Shown here: one piece after another, positions 28,698-38,179 of the stretch
How the letters are laid out: every line of letters starts with the position of its first letter
Position numbering within the stretch: the stretch's first letter is position 1
DNA from: an uncultured Verrucomicrobiota bacterium
GTDB taxonomy: Bacteria > Verrucomicrobiota > Kiritimatiellia > CAIKKV01 > CAITUY01
Length of the DNA stretch: 64,000 nt
Direction: 5' to 3'
NCBI GenBank assembly: GCA_964508705.1
Contig: CAZDUS010000001.1
Location: forward strand, 146,407-210,406
Notes under the pieces: generated by a model
Databases searched by the model: none
What the model saw: only the letters and a program-made list of their open reading frames with translations
Told to the model about the DNA's origin: nothing
Made by a program: the position numbers and the translations under genes

Positions 28698-30005
28698 CTA
28701 CACATTGAGGAACAGGCGCGGGATGCGTAACCGTTGGCGCCGGTTCTCGCCGCTCAGAAGCGCCAACTTGCGGTGGGGTTGATCATCGCGCGCTGTCGTC
28801 CTTGTTGTGTTAAGAAACAAGGACGACGCCAGACTAAGGGTGTGTTTCCCATACCGCTCATTCAAATCATCCACGGCTTCACCAAGGGCTTGCCGCTTCT
28901 CGACCCGCACGGGATCCTCGAACAGGTCATATTGCCTCTCTCGATCCGCCTCCAACCGACCCAGCACCACCATGGTCGCCCGATACGGCTCCCCCTGTTC
29001 AATCAGTTGATCAAACATGTCCCGAACAACCGGCACCGCATCCCGTGTCACCGAAATGGCGCGACTCAGCCGGGTTTCAAGTCCGCTTTGCCGGTAATCC
29101 TGCTTCCGCAACATCACAGCAAGTTGACGGGCGCGTAACCGATACCGCCTTGCCTTGATGAAGGCGGATTCCACATTGCGGACCAACTTGGCCCAAATAA
29201 ATTCAGGGTCGGATGATGGCAACGTGAACGTCTTGCATTTGCTGATCGAGCAATAACTCGATTTCTCCTCGGTGCTCACCGGATAGAGGGAAACCCCGCG
29301 CAATTCCCCCCATAATTCCCGCCCCACTTTCCCCATCAACCGGTCTGCCCAGCCTTCCGGACGGACAGCGAAATCATAAACCGTCCTTAACCCGTGTTTG
29401 GTCAACAATGCCACGGTGTTAGGCCCGAAGCCCCAAACCTTCTCAAGGGGAATCTGCCGGATAAATCCCTCGATGTCAGTTCCCGGAATCGCCGTAAAGC
29501 CCCGCGGCTTCCGGAACTTCGACCCGAGTTTGGCCAGACTTTTGGTCAAACTCAACCCCACAGAAACCGTGATGTCCAGTTCCGCCCGCACATCCGACTG
29601 GAAGCGTAACGCGATATCCTCGTATGACGTGTGATGGATACGCCGCAAGCCGGTCAAGTCGGCAAACCCCTCATCAATCGAATACTCCTCCACCATGGGT
29701 GTGTAGCGCCGGGCAATGTCGAACATCCGTTTGGAATAGAGACTGTAGGTCTCGTAGTCACTGGGCAGCACTTTCAACTCTGGACACACACGGATCGCAT
29801 CACGCAATGACAGGCCGCGCGAGATTCCTAGCGCCTTTGCCTCATAACTGGCGCAAGCAATGATGCCCCGCTCCTTTCCTGTCACCACCGGGCGGCCTTT
29901 CAGGTTGGGGTGGATAGCCTGTTCGACGGAAGTAAAGAACGCGTCGCCATCAAAATGAATGATGGCACGCGGATAGGACTGCAACGTGAACGGCAACTCC
30001 GACAT
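28698..30005 (-). CDS. Y-family DNA polymerase (DinB/UmuC family)
   Basis: IHFDGDAFFTSVEQ and SIDEGFADLTG catalytic motifs. Immediately downstream of lexA with a 2-nt gap. Confidence 0.9.
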   Translation of the reverse strand: MSELPFTLQSYPRAIIHFDGDAFFTSVEQAIHPNLKGRPVVTGKERGIIACASYEAKALGISRGLSLRDAIRVCPELKVLPSDYETYSLYSKRMFDIARRYTPMVEEYSIDEGFADLTGLRRIHHTSYEDIALRFQSDVRAELDITVSVGLSLTKSLAKLGSKFRKPRGFTAIPGTDIEGFIRQIPLEKVWGFGPNTVALLTKHGLRTVYDFAVRPEGWADRLMGKVGRELWGELRGVSLYPVSTEEKSSYCSISKCKTFTLPSSDPEFIWAKLVRNVESAFIKARRYRLRARQLAVMLRKQDYRQSGLETRLSRAISVTRDAVPVVRDMFDQLIEQGEPYRATMVVLGRLEADRERQYDLFEDPVRVEKRQALGEAVDDLNERYGKHTLSLASSLFLNTTRTTARDDQPHRKLALLSGENRRQRLRIPRLFLNV

Positions 30006-30007
30006 GG

Positions 30008-30592
30008 TCAGTCATATTTCCGGATCACTGCTTTTACAATGCCACCGATCACCAGCGACCGTTTCGGACGGAGCGGTTTATACTTGGAATTGGCGGGGTC
30101 CAACCGTATCCCTTCCCTGTCCTTCATGTAGTATTTCAGCGTCCATTCATCATCCACCTGGGCCACTACAACATCATTGGGCTTCGGGGAGCCGCCTTTT
30201 TCCACCAGCACCATGTCGCCCGGCATAATGCCTGCGGCAATCATGGAATCCCCCTGCACCGTCAGCATAAAAGTCGCTTCCGGGCGACGGATCAACATGT
30301 CATCCAGGCTGAGGGTGTCCGCCAACTCCTCTTCCGCGGGCGATGGGAACCCCGCCTGAACAGCCCCCAGTAAACGCAGTGTCCCCGTCAACCGGCCAGT
30401 GGCAACGGCGTGGCCCCCTTTCCGTTCAAGAAATCCAAGCTCCTCCAGTTTCCGCAAGGCACCGGAAACCGAATTCTTGGACTGATAATCAAAGAGGCGC
30501 AATAGTTCGGTATAGGAAGGCATGCGGCGCTCGCGGTGCCAGAAAGACCGCAATTTGGCGACATGTCCCGTCACATCCATCACTCTAGGCAT
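30008..30592 (-). CDS. lexA: LexA repressor
   Basis: N-terminal winged HTH, Ala-Gly cleavage site (VQAGFP), Ser (QGDSM) and Lys (VEKGG) of the S24 peptidase dyad. AGGAG RBS. Confidence 0.9.
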   Translation of the reverse strand: MPRVMDVTGHVAKLRSFWHRERRMPSYTELLRLFDYQSKNSVSGALRKLEELGFLERKGGHAVATGRLTGTLRLLGAVQAGFPSPAEEELADTLSLDDMLIRRPEATFMLTVQGDSMIAAGIMPGDMVLVEKGGSPKPNDVVVAQVDDEWTLKYYMKDREGIRLDPANSKYKPLRPKRSLVIGGIVKAVIRKYD

Positions 30593-30621
30593 AGCAGTCT
30601 CCTTTCACGCCCCACATGATA

Positions 30622-30639
30622 ACTGAACGATTGTTCAGT
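30622..30639 (-). promoter_or_regulatory. LexA box (Cheo-like GAAC-N4-GTTC palindrome) inside the predicted lexA promoter
   Basis: ACTGAACGATTGTTCAGT, perfect 7-bp arms. Lies in the spacer of a TTGTAA-N17-TATCAT sigma70-like promoter on the minus strand. Confidence 0.6.
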
Positions 30640-30705
30640 TACAAGCGAATCTAAATTCGTGTGTTCCGCGTTCTTCGTAGTTCAAATCTTCTTTATGCGT
30701 CCAGG

Positions 30706-31566
30706 TCACCCGAGTTTCTGCTTAAGACGCTCGATGGTCAGCGGTGCGCTACCCTCAAAGTGGTTATTGGCGAACACCCACACGGCGCGTTTACGTTTCC
30801 GGAGCCCCCGCACCACGGCGGCAAGATCCTCAATATCAGCATCACGCGGTTCAGCAATGCGATTCCATTCCCTGCCGGTTTGTTCCTCAATCTTACCCCG
30901 GTCCGGCCCGTGAAGACGGATCACAGACGTTCCGGTCAACGCGTCAGCATGACGTTGAAAGATATCCATTACCGGCGGCATGTAATAACCCTGCTCGAAC
31001 ACATGGGCTATTCCCCTCTCCTTCAGGAAATTGAAATACGTCCCGTTTAGATAATTGGGATTCCGACACTCCACACACCAGCAGAACTCCCGTGGCAGTT
31101 GGCTGGCAAACGCGCCAAGCCGCTCTTGGAATTCCGTCTGGGACGACATCTTGTTCCGGTTCAGGTATTCGAACTGGAACATCATTGGCCCCAGATTGGA
31201 CTCAAGCGGCGCGATGACATCCAGAAATGACCGGAGCAGGTCCAGTGACAGAAAGTGCGGATTCGCAACCAGCGGGTCCGATTTGGATTTTGGTCTGTAA
31301 TGAGTCAGTGTCAGGGCGTTTGGCAGTTTAACGCCGAATTTAAAACTGGGCGGGATTGACGCCGCATATTCCGCGACAGTCTTCGGTAGTGGCAGCACGA
31401 CTTTCCCCGGTCCGAACAGGCTCCAGAACCATTGGTCGATTTCCACGCAATCGAACTTTTGTGAATACTCAGCCAGATAATTCAAGTGTGGGGTGTCGGA
31501 ATAAACCAGACCGCGCCAGGAGTCATACTTCCAACTGCAAGTTCCCAGATGAAGATCACTGTTCAC
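30706..31566 (-). CDS. DUF72 (YecE-like) family protein
   Basis: N-terminal LHLGTCSWKYDSW… and overall DUF72 pattern. Confidence 0.75.
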   Translation of the reverse strand: MNSDLHLGTCSWKYDSWRGLVYSDTPHLNYLAEYSQKFDCVEIDQWFWSLFGPGKVVLPLPKTVAEYAASIPPSFKFGVKLPNALTLTHYRPKSKSDPLVANPHFLSLDLLRSFLDVIAPLESNLGPMMFQFEYLNRNKMSSQTEFQERLGAFASQLPREFCWCVECRNPNYLNGTYFNFLKERGIAHVFEQGYYMPPVMDIFQRHADALTGTSVIRLHGPDRGKIEEQTGREWNRIAEPRDADIEDLAAVVRGLRKRKRAVWVFANNHFEGSAPLTIERLKQKLG

Positions 31567-31746
31567 ACGACGGTTGTATCAAAGCACCAGCCCCAACTTC
31601 AAGGCGAGCAGGCAAGCCGCTAACTTTGAACTCAATTGCCAACCCTGTCCCATCTATTCACTATTCACTTTTTCGCCCACCGCCCCTCCAATTCCCGCTT
31701 GCCATTCCCGCCAATCGTGCCAAGCTCTCCATCGGAGGGCCACCTC

Positions 31747-32877
31747 ATGAAATCCTTGTCGCGAACCGCCCTTAAACACCTGACGGCATCCGCCACCCTC
31801 AATTCGCTTCCGGATGGCGCGTACATCACCGACATGGACCGCAACATCCTCTTCTGGAACAACGCCGCGGCACGTATTGCCGGATGGACAAAGGAAGAAG
31901 TCAGCGGACATAGCTGTAACGACAATATCCTGGTCCATGTCGACAAGGATGGCCACGAATTGTGCGGCAAGGAGTACTGTCCCCTCCATCGCTGCATAGT
32001 CACCGGCGAACCCAGCCGCGAACCCATCCTCGTCTACGCCAAACACCGCTCCGGCGTGCGCATTCCTGTCGAAGTCTCCGTCGCGCCCATCCGCAACTCC
32101 GGCGGTGATGTCATCGGTGGTATCGAATTGTTCAGAGATCTGACGATGAGCATGATGGACCTCGAGCGGGCCCATGCAATCCAGACGGCCGCCATGACCA
32201 TGAATCCCGATCCGGATCCCCGTCTTTCAATCGCCGTTCGCTACACTCCCAATGATGTCGTCGGCGGCGATTTCTATCATTACGAAAAGCTGTGCCCCGA
32301 CCTTCTCGGGGTCATGATCGCCGATGTCATGGGCCATGGTGTGGCCTCCGCGCTTTACAGTATGCAGTTAAGTTCCCTCTGGGAAGACTGGCGGGGCGAA
32401 GCCGGCAATCCCGCAACATTCCTGACCCATATCAATCGCCAATTGCATTCCCTGGCGGGGGACGCCGGCTATTTCGCCACCGCAGTCTGCCTGACCATCG
32501 ACCCCTCCACCGGAGCTGTTGACTTCATCTGCGCGGGACATCCCGCCCCGCTTCAGATCCGACGCGAAGGAGGAATTCAAGCCGTAGGCGCTCCCCAACC
32601 GGCCCTGGGCATGATCCCCAACACCGTCTACACGGCTGAGCACCTTCACATGTCGCCTGGCGACACCCTCCTGCTTTATACCGATGGAGCCATTGAAATC
32701 GACAATGCCTCGGGAGATGAGCTCGGGGAATCCGGTTTGATTACCATGCTGTCGAAGCCGGAAACCTGCCAGGACGGAATCCCTCAGCTCGATATCCTGG
32801 AAAACAAACTGCTGACCTTCTCTGCCCGCATCCGGTTGGCCGACGACCTGACCCTACTCTCCATCACCCGCCGGTAA
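31747..32877 (+). CDS. PAS domain-containing PP2C-type (SpoIIE/RsbU-like) serine phosphatase
   Basis: PAS-like N-terminus (NILFWNNAAARIAGWTKEEV). PP2C motifs (GGDFYHY, VMIADVMGHGVASA, LYTDGAIE). GGAGGG RBS. Confidence 0.8.
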   Translation: MKSLSRTALKHLTASATLNSLPDGAYITDMDRNILFWNNAAARIAGWTKEEVSGHSCNDNILVHVDKDGHELCGKEYCPLHRCIVTGEPSREPILVYAKHRSGVRIPVEVSVAPIRNSGGDVIGGIELFRDLTMSMMDLERAHAIQTAAMTMNPDPDPRLSIAVRYTPNDVVGGDFYHYEKLCPDLLGVMIADVMGHGVASALYSMQLSSLWEDWRGEAGNPATFLTHINRQLHSLAGDAGYFATAVCLTIDPSTGAVDFICAGHPAPLQIRREGGIQAVGAPQPALGMIPNTVYTAEHLHMSPGDTLLLYTDGAIEIDNASGDELGESGLITMLSKPETCQDGIPQLDILENKLLTFSARIRLADDLTLLSITRR

Positions 32878-33066
32878 CCAACACAAATCTGGCCTTCCAT
32901 CCGTCTTGCCCGCCTTGGCGAAGGCGGAAGCTCAAGCCCGAGGTGCACAACCGTTCGCATAAGCCATTATCGGTTCGGTGTCATAATCAGGAAATTGAAA
33001 ACGGATTGCGGATCGACAGGCAGCGCGTTGTCAAACGCCCCGCCCCCCCTTGTCAACCATGGCCGG

Positions 33067-33831
33067 ATGATGCACGATCCCGGTATGCCATCGGTAGACA
33101 TCACTGAAACAACGACCAAATCGGCCTTGGTCAGATCCCGTATTCCCAGCGTGGAATACGTCATCAACCCCTATACGGGCTGCGCTCACGGGTGCCGGTA
33201 TTGCTACGCAATGTTTATGGCCAGGTATTCCAAGACACACCAACGCTCTCCGTGGGGCACGTACGTCGAGGCCAAGGTCAACATAGAGGCTGTGCTTCGG
33301 TCCGAACTTTCCCGGAAACGCCGTACTGCCACCGCCATGCTCAGCAGCGTGTGCGACCCCTACCAACCCGCCGAGTCACGATACAAACTCACACAAGGCT
33401 GCATCAAGGCCCTACGTGAGTACGGTTGGGGCATCAGCATCCTTACCCGCTCTCCCCTTGTAACGCGTGATATCGACCTGCTCCGCACTTGCCTGGGCGT
33501 GTCCGTCGGGTTCTCGATCCCAACCGATGACGATCAGGTCCGGCAGATTCTGGAACCGGAGGCCCCCTCGATTCCCGCACGGCTAGCCGCATTACGGGAA
33601 CTATATGAGGCGGGAATCCACACCTGGGTCTTTATTGCTCCCACCCTTCCCATGAATCCCGAGCGGCTGGGCACCATGATCGCGCCATACATCTCGGAAT
33701 ACTTAATCGATCCGCTGAACTACAAAGGGCAGGTGGCTTCGTTATTCCACCATCACGGCTGGGATAACGAGCTGACAGCCGGATACGCCCGGTCCACTGT
33801 AAGCCGACTACACGCAGCACTGGCGAGTTAG
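33067..33831 (+). CDS. radical SAM protein, SplB-like (spore-photoproduct-lyase / DNA repair photolyase family)
   Basis: NPYTGCAHGCRYCYA Cx3Cx2C motif near the N-terminus, typical of SplB/Rv2578c-family enzymes. Start uncertain (33067 or 33085; the track ORF begins at TTG 32995). Confidence 0.7.
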   Translation: MMHDPGMPSVDITETTTKSALVRSRIPSVEYVINPYTGCAHGCRYCYAMFMARYSKTHQRSPWGTYVEAKVNIEAVLRSELSRKRRTATAMLSSVCDPYQPAESRYKLTQGCIKALREYGWGISILTRSPLVTRDIDLLRTCLGVSVGFSIPTDDDQVRQILEPEAPSIPARLAALRELYEAGIHTWVFIAPTLPMNPERLGTMIAPYISEYLIDPLNYKGQVASLFHHHGWDNELTAGYARSTVSRLHAALAS

Positions 33832-33993
33832 GGGAGCGAGGTCGGCCCTTGAGTTAAAAGTTTGCCCCTCTCCCGCTCCACCCCCTCCCCCCCAGTGACC
33901 TGTGTTCAACTTCAACCATTGAACTTGTTGCGCAACCGATTGGATATTGATCGCCATGGAACATATAAAGAATATTTGAACATGGAATCCTCT

Positions 33994-34764
33994 TTATAGC
34001 CTCTGGATCGTCTGCCCGCCATCCACCATGAGTACTTGCCCGGTGGAATAGGCGAGATCCCCCCGCGCGACCATGGCAGCCGCACGACCAACGTCCTCCG
34101 GCAAACCCCAGCGCGACTGCAACAGCAACCCTTCTCCAATCAGCTTGTCATACTTCGCTGTAACCGCCGAGGTCATGTCGGTCTTGATGAGGCCGGGGCG
34201 AATCTCAAAGACCGGCACATCATATTCACCGAGACGGGTCGCAAACAACTTGGTAGCCATGCTGATGCCCGCCTTCGAAATGCAATAGTCCCCGCGCGTG
34301 ACCGAGGCCACCGTCGCCGAAATCGAGGAAACATTGATGATACAGGCCTTATAGTCAGGATCAGACCGCTTCTGCTCAATCATCCAGTTAGCAACCGCCT
34401 GGGTCAGGAAATACGGCCCCTGCAAGTTGATCCGGATCAGTCGCTCAAAACTCTCTTCCGTTGCCTCCAGGATATCGGCACGCACCGTCGGCGCCACACC
34501 CGCATTGTTCACCAGGACGTGAAGCCGCCCGAAGTGCCGACGCACCGCCGCCACCAGCGCCGCACGGTCTTCCTTCACGCTCACATCCGCCTGAACATAG
34601 AGAATATCCCGACCGGTTGCCCGCAGCGTCTCAAGCGCGTCCTTCACCATACCCTCGTCCCGCACACCACACAGGGCCAGATCAAACCCTTCCATGGCAA
34701 GCGCCTGCGCCACACCAAACCCGATACCCCGCCCCCCTCCTGTAACTAACGCGACCCGGTTCAT
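33994..34764 (-). CDS. SDR family oxidoreductase (KduD/FabG-like)
   Basis: VALVTGGGRGIG… NNAG … YxxxK (YCISKAG). ATGA coupling with the upstream GFO gene. Confidence 0.85.
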   Translation of the reverse strand: MNRVALVTGGGRGIGFGVAQALAMEGFDLALCGVRDEGMVKDALETLRATGRDILYVQADVSVKEDRAALVAAVRRHFGRLHVLVNNAGVAPTVRADILEATEESFERLIRINLQGPYFLTQAVANWMIEQKRSDPDYKACIINVSSISATVASVTRGDYCISKAGISMATKLFATRLGEYDVPVFEIRPGLIKTDMTSAVTAKYDKLIGEGLLLQSRWGLPEDVGRAAAMVARGDLAYSTGQVLMVDGGQTIQRL

Positions 34765-35921
34765 CGTTTCAACTCCGGTATGGATACCCACTTCCGCTTG
34801 GCCCAGGACTCCAGCCCCTTCTCGGCCAACTGCACCCCCTTGGCTCCTTCCAGCAACGTCCAGCGGAAAGGCTCGTTTTTGACCACATGACGCAGGAACA
34901 GCTCCCACTGGATCTTGAACGCATTATCGTACTCACGTTGTTCCGGCATCTTCTGCCACCCATCAAGGAAATTGATGGGCTGTGGCACATCCGGATTCCA
35001 GATCGGCCGGGGCGTGGCCCCATACGGTTGAATCACCACGTCGCGCAAACCGGCCACAGCCGACCCCAGGGTCCCATCCACCTGGATCGTCAGCAGGTCG
35101 TCACGCCTGACACGCGTACACCACGAGGAATTGAATTGAGCCAGGATATCGCCTTCCAGTTCAAACGTGGCATACGCCGCGTCATCCGCCGTGCATTTAT
35201 ACGGTTTCCCCGCCTCATCAAACCGCTTCTCGATATGCGTGGCCCCGCAGCACGAAACCGCCTTCACGCTTCCGAAGACATTATCGAGCACATAACGCCA
35301 GTGACATAGCATATCAATGATCATGCCGCCGCCGTCTTCCTTGCGGTAATTCCATGAAGGACGCTGGAGCGGAATCGTGTCGCCCTCGAAAACCCAGTAA
35401 CCGAACTCGCCTTTCACGGAGAGAATCTTCCCGAAGAATCCCCGATGAATAAGCTCCTTGAGTTTCATCAGGCCCGGCAGCCACAGCTTGTCTTGAACTA
35501 CACCATTCTTGACCCCCGCCTTTTTCGCCAAGGCATAAAGTTCATACGCTTCCTTCGTCGTCACCGCCGTGGGTTTCTCACAGTAGATGTGCTTGCCGGC
35601 CTTGATCGCCTGCTTCACCGCAGCCACCCGGCGATCGGTCGTCTGGGCGTCAAAATAGATGCTGTTATGCTTGTCCGCCAGCGCCTCGCCCAGATCGGTC
35701 GTCCACCGGGTCAGGCCAGCCCGCTTGACCAATTGCTGGAGTTTCACCGGATTCCGGCCAACCAGAATCGGATCGGGCATGATGAATTCCGATTCACTGA
35801 TCTTGATGCCACCCTGCTTGATGATGGCGCAGATGGATCGCAAAAGGTGCTGGTTGGTGCCCATGCGCCCCGTCACCCCGTTCATGATAATTCCAACATT
35901 GTGTATTTTGATTTCGCTCAT
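34761..35921 (-). CDS. Gfo/Idh/MocA family oxidoreductase
   Basis: MSEIKIHNVGIIMNGVTGRMG Rossmann N-terminus, EKP motif (IYCEKPTA). Confidence 0.85.
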   Translation of the reverse strand: MSEIKIHNVGIIMNGVTGRMGTNQHLLRSICAIIKQGGIKISESEFIMPDPILVGRNPVKLQQLVKRAGLTRWTTDLGEALADKHNSIYFDAQTTDRRVAAVKQAIKAGKHIYCEKPTAVTTKEAYELYALAKKAGVKNGVVQDKLWLPGLMKLKELIHRGFFGKILSVKGEFGYWVFEGDTIPLQRPSWNYRKEDGGGMIIDMLCHWRYVLDNVFGSVKAVSCCGATHIEKRFDEAGKPYKCTADDAAYATFELEGDILAQFNSSWCTRVRRDDLLTIQVDGTLGSAVAGLRDVVIQPYGATPRPIWNPDVPQPINFLDGWQKMPEQREYDNAFKIQWELFLRHVVKNEPFRWTLLEGAKGVQLAEKGLESWAKRKWVSIPELKR

Positions 35922-35948
35922 AGCCTTGCCTTTCGTTCTTGGAACAGC

Positions 35949-36608
35949 TTATCGCACCACCACGGACGCCGCGATGGCCAGCGCATCCTTTGTCAATTGC
36001 TCTATGGTTCCCCACTCCTTGGCGGCGATCATCTTCTTCTCAACGATCCAGGAGCCGCCAATGGCCGCCACGGAAGGCCGCTCGAGATAGGTCTTCATGT
36101 TCGCGAGACTTATCCCGCCCGTTGGAAGGAACTTCACCCCCGTGTGCGCATAAGGCCCTTCCAGGGCTTTGATCATCGTGACACCCCCGGCCGCCTCGGC
36201 TGGAAAGAATTTTAGAATCGTGCAGTTCAGGGAGAGCGCCTTTTCCACTTCGGAGGGCGTCATCACGCCGGGGAACATCAGGATCCCAGCCTGCGCTGCG
36301 GCCTTGACCACGTTCTCATTCAATCCCGGCGCCAGGGCATAGGTTGCCCCCGCATCCGCCGCGCGCTTCAGTTGATCGGGACCGAGAACCGTTCCCGCGC
36401 CCACCAGAATCTCAGGGAATCGCTTGGCAATCCTCCGGATCGAGGCTTCTGCCGCCGCCGTGCGGAACGTGATTTCCATGATATCCATCCCGGCCTTCAA
36501 CAAGGCTTCCGCCAACGGCTCGGCCTGTTCCTCATGATCAAGCACGATCACCGGCACAATGCGTTTGCTCGCAATCCGCGCCAACATGGTTTTAATTTTG
36601 TCGCTCAT
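35949..36608 (-). CDS. eda: KDPG / 4-hydroxy-2-oxoglutarate aldolase
   Basis: 219 aa. PVIVLD…EITFRT…GAGTVL…FPG…KFFPAEA pattern of class I KDPG aldolases. Confidence 0.9.
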   Translation of the reverse strand: MSDKIKTMLARIASKRIVPVIVLDHEEQAEPLAEALLKAGMDIMEITFRTAAAEASIRRIAKRFPEILVGAGTVLGPDQLKRAADAGATYALAPGLNENVVKAAAQAGILMFPGVMTPSEVEKALSLNCTILKFFPAEAAGGVTMIKALEGPYAHTGVKFLPTGGISLANMKTYLERPSVAAIGGSWIVEKKMIAAKEWGTIEQLTKDALAIAASVVVR

Positions 36609-36617
36609 GTGTTTACT

Positions 36618-37715
36618 TCAGCGGATAACCCGCGCTCCTTTCCCTTTGATAATCGCTTCCACTTCCTTCACGGTCACCATGCTGGTGTCGCCCGGTGTCG
36701 TCATGGCCAACGCCCCGTGGGCGGCACCGTAGTCCACCGCCTCCTGCGGCGTCTTCCCCGAAAGAAATCCGTAAATGAGACCGGATGCAAAACTATCACC
36801 CCCGCCGACCCGGTCGAAGATCTCCAGGTTTTCCCGCATGATGGATTGGTAAAATTCGCCATCGGCATAAAGAATGGCACCCCAGTCGTTCACCGTTGCC
36901 GTCTTGGCGTTGCGCAGGGTAGTCCCCACTGCCTTGAAGTTCGGATACATCTTGATCGCATTGGCCATCATCTTCTTGAAGTTCGATGGATCAATATTCG
37001 AAATGTGCTCATCCATTCCAGGCACCTCAAATCCCAGCGCCGCCGTGAAATCCTCCTCGTTGCCGATCATCACGTCCACCAATGACGCGATCTTTCGGTT
37101 AACCTCCACCGCCCGCTTGGTGCCGCCCTGCGACTTCCAGAGCGAGGCCCGGAAATTCAGATCGTAGGAGATCACGGTCCCGGCGGCTTTCGCCGCCTCC
37201 ATCGCCTCAATCGTCAGATCCGCCGTTGTGGCGGAGAGGGCGGCGAATATGCCGCCGCAGTGCAGCCATCGGGCGCCTTCCTGCTCGAAGATCTTTTTCC
37301 AATCGATATCACTCGGCTTCAATTGTGATGCGGCTGAATGACCACGGTCGGAACAGCCGACCGCGGCCCGTATGCCAAATCCGCGTTCAGTGAAATTCAA
37401 TGCCACGCGGGCGTCGCGGCCGATGCCGTCGAAGGAAACCCATTTCACGTGCGAAAGATCCACGCCACCCTGCAACATCAGGTCTTCAAGCAAGCGACCC
37501 ACCTCGTTATCCGTCACGGCAGTCACGGCCGTTGTCTTAAGACCAAAGCATCGGCGCAGGCCGCGCACCACGTTGTATTCTCCCCCGCCCTCCCAGACCT
37601 TGAATTCACGGGCCGTCCGAATACGCCCATTACCCGGGTCCAGCCGCAACATCACTTCGCCCAGCGACACCGCATCCCACTTGCACACATCACGAGATTT
37701 AATCTTCAAGCTCAT
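36618..37715 (-). CDS. kdgK: PfkB-family sugar kinase, 2-dehydro-3-deoxygluconokinase-like
   Basis: PfkB signatures (…GGGEYNV…, C-terminal DRVGGGDSFASGLIYGF). ATG at 37715 with GAGGAG RBS. Confidence 0.85.
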   Translation of the reverse strand: MSLKIKSRDVCKWDAVSLGEVMLRLDPGNGRIRTAREFKVWEGGGEYNVVRGLRRCFGLKTTAVTAVTDNEVGRLLEDLMLQGGVDLSHVKWVSFDGIGRDARVALNFTERGFGIRAAVGCSDRGHSAASQLKPSDIDWKKIFEQEGARWLHCGGIFAALSATTADLTIEAMEAAKAAGTVISYDLNFRASLWKSQGGTKRAVEVNRKIASLVDVMIGNEEDFTAALGFEVPGMDEHISNIDPSNFKKMMANAIKMYPNFKAVGTTLRNAKTATVNDWGAILYADGEFYQSIMRENLEIFDRVGGGDSFASGLIYGFLSGKTPQEAVDYGAAHGALAMTTPGDTSMVTVKEVEAIIKGKGARVIR

Positions 37716-37723
37716 GGTTCTCC

Positions 37724-38179
37724 TCAACTAGGTTTTTCGGTACATTGCGGAGCAGCGCCTGCCGGCAGGGGCGGCACCTCGATACCCGCTTTCGGCAAAG
37801 TCCCGGCCAATTCCTGTTTCCAGTGCGCCACATCACCTGCAGGCCCATAGATATACATCATCTTCGCCGGGGTGGATCCCAGATTGGAAATCTGGTGAAA
37901 CACACCGCTGGGAATGTACGCCGCCTGCCCAGCCGTCAACACTTGCCGTTCAGTTCCGAGGCACATCTCCGCCTGTCCCTCCAGCACGAAGTAGACCTCT
38001 TCCTGTTCCTGGTTATGCCACGGCACCTGCCCGCCATTGGGCTCCAGCGTCACATATCCCACCGCGAAGTTGCTGGCCTGGATGGGCGACATTCCGCCCA
38101 CCACATTCTGGGTCCGGCGCCGGGCCGGATAGCGACGGCCTTCCATCTTGCTCAAGTCTGCAATAATCATGGAGTTCAC
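37724..38179 (-). CDS. small cupin protein (KdgF-like)
   Basis: 151 aa, cupin_2 core (GYVTLEPNGGQVPWHNQEQEEVYFVLEGQAEM…AYIPSGVFHQISN). ATGA-coupled to the upstream hydrolase gene. Confidence 0.6.
   Translation of the reverse strand: MNSMIIADLSKMEGRRYPARRRTQNVVGGMSPIQASNFAVGYVTLEPNGGQVPWHNQEQEEVYFVLEGQAEMCLGTERQVLTAGQAAYIPSGVFHQISNLGSTPAKMMYIYGPAGDVAHWKQELAGTLPKAGIEVPPLPAGAAPQCTEKPS

Noticed and set aside
33046-33056. Extra single copies of TTGTCAACC (33048 and 47698) resembling the GGTTGACAAT repeat
   Set aside because: Isolated, not in triplets and without the 11/24-bp spacing. One lies at the dnaA stop codon, the other inside the SplB-like ORF. Most likely chance matches.
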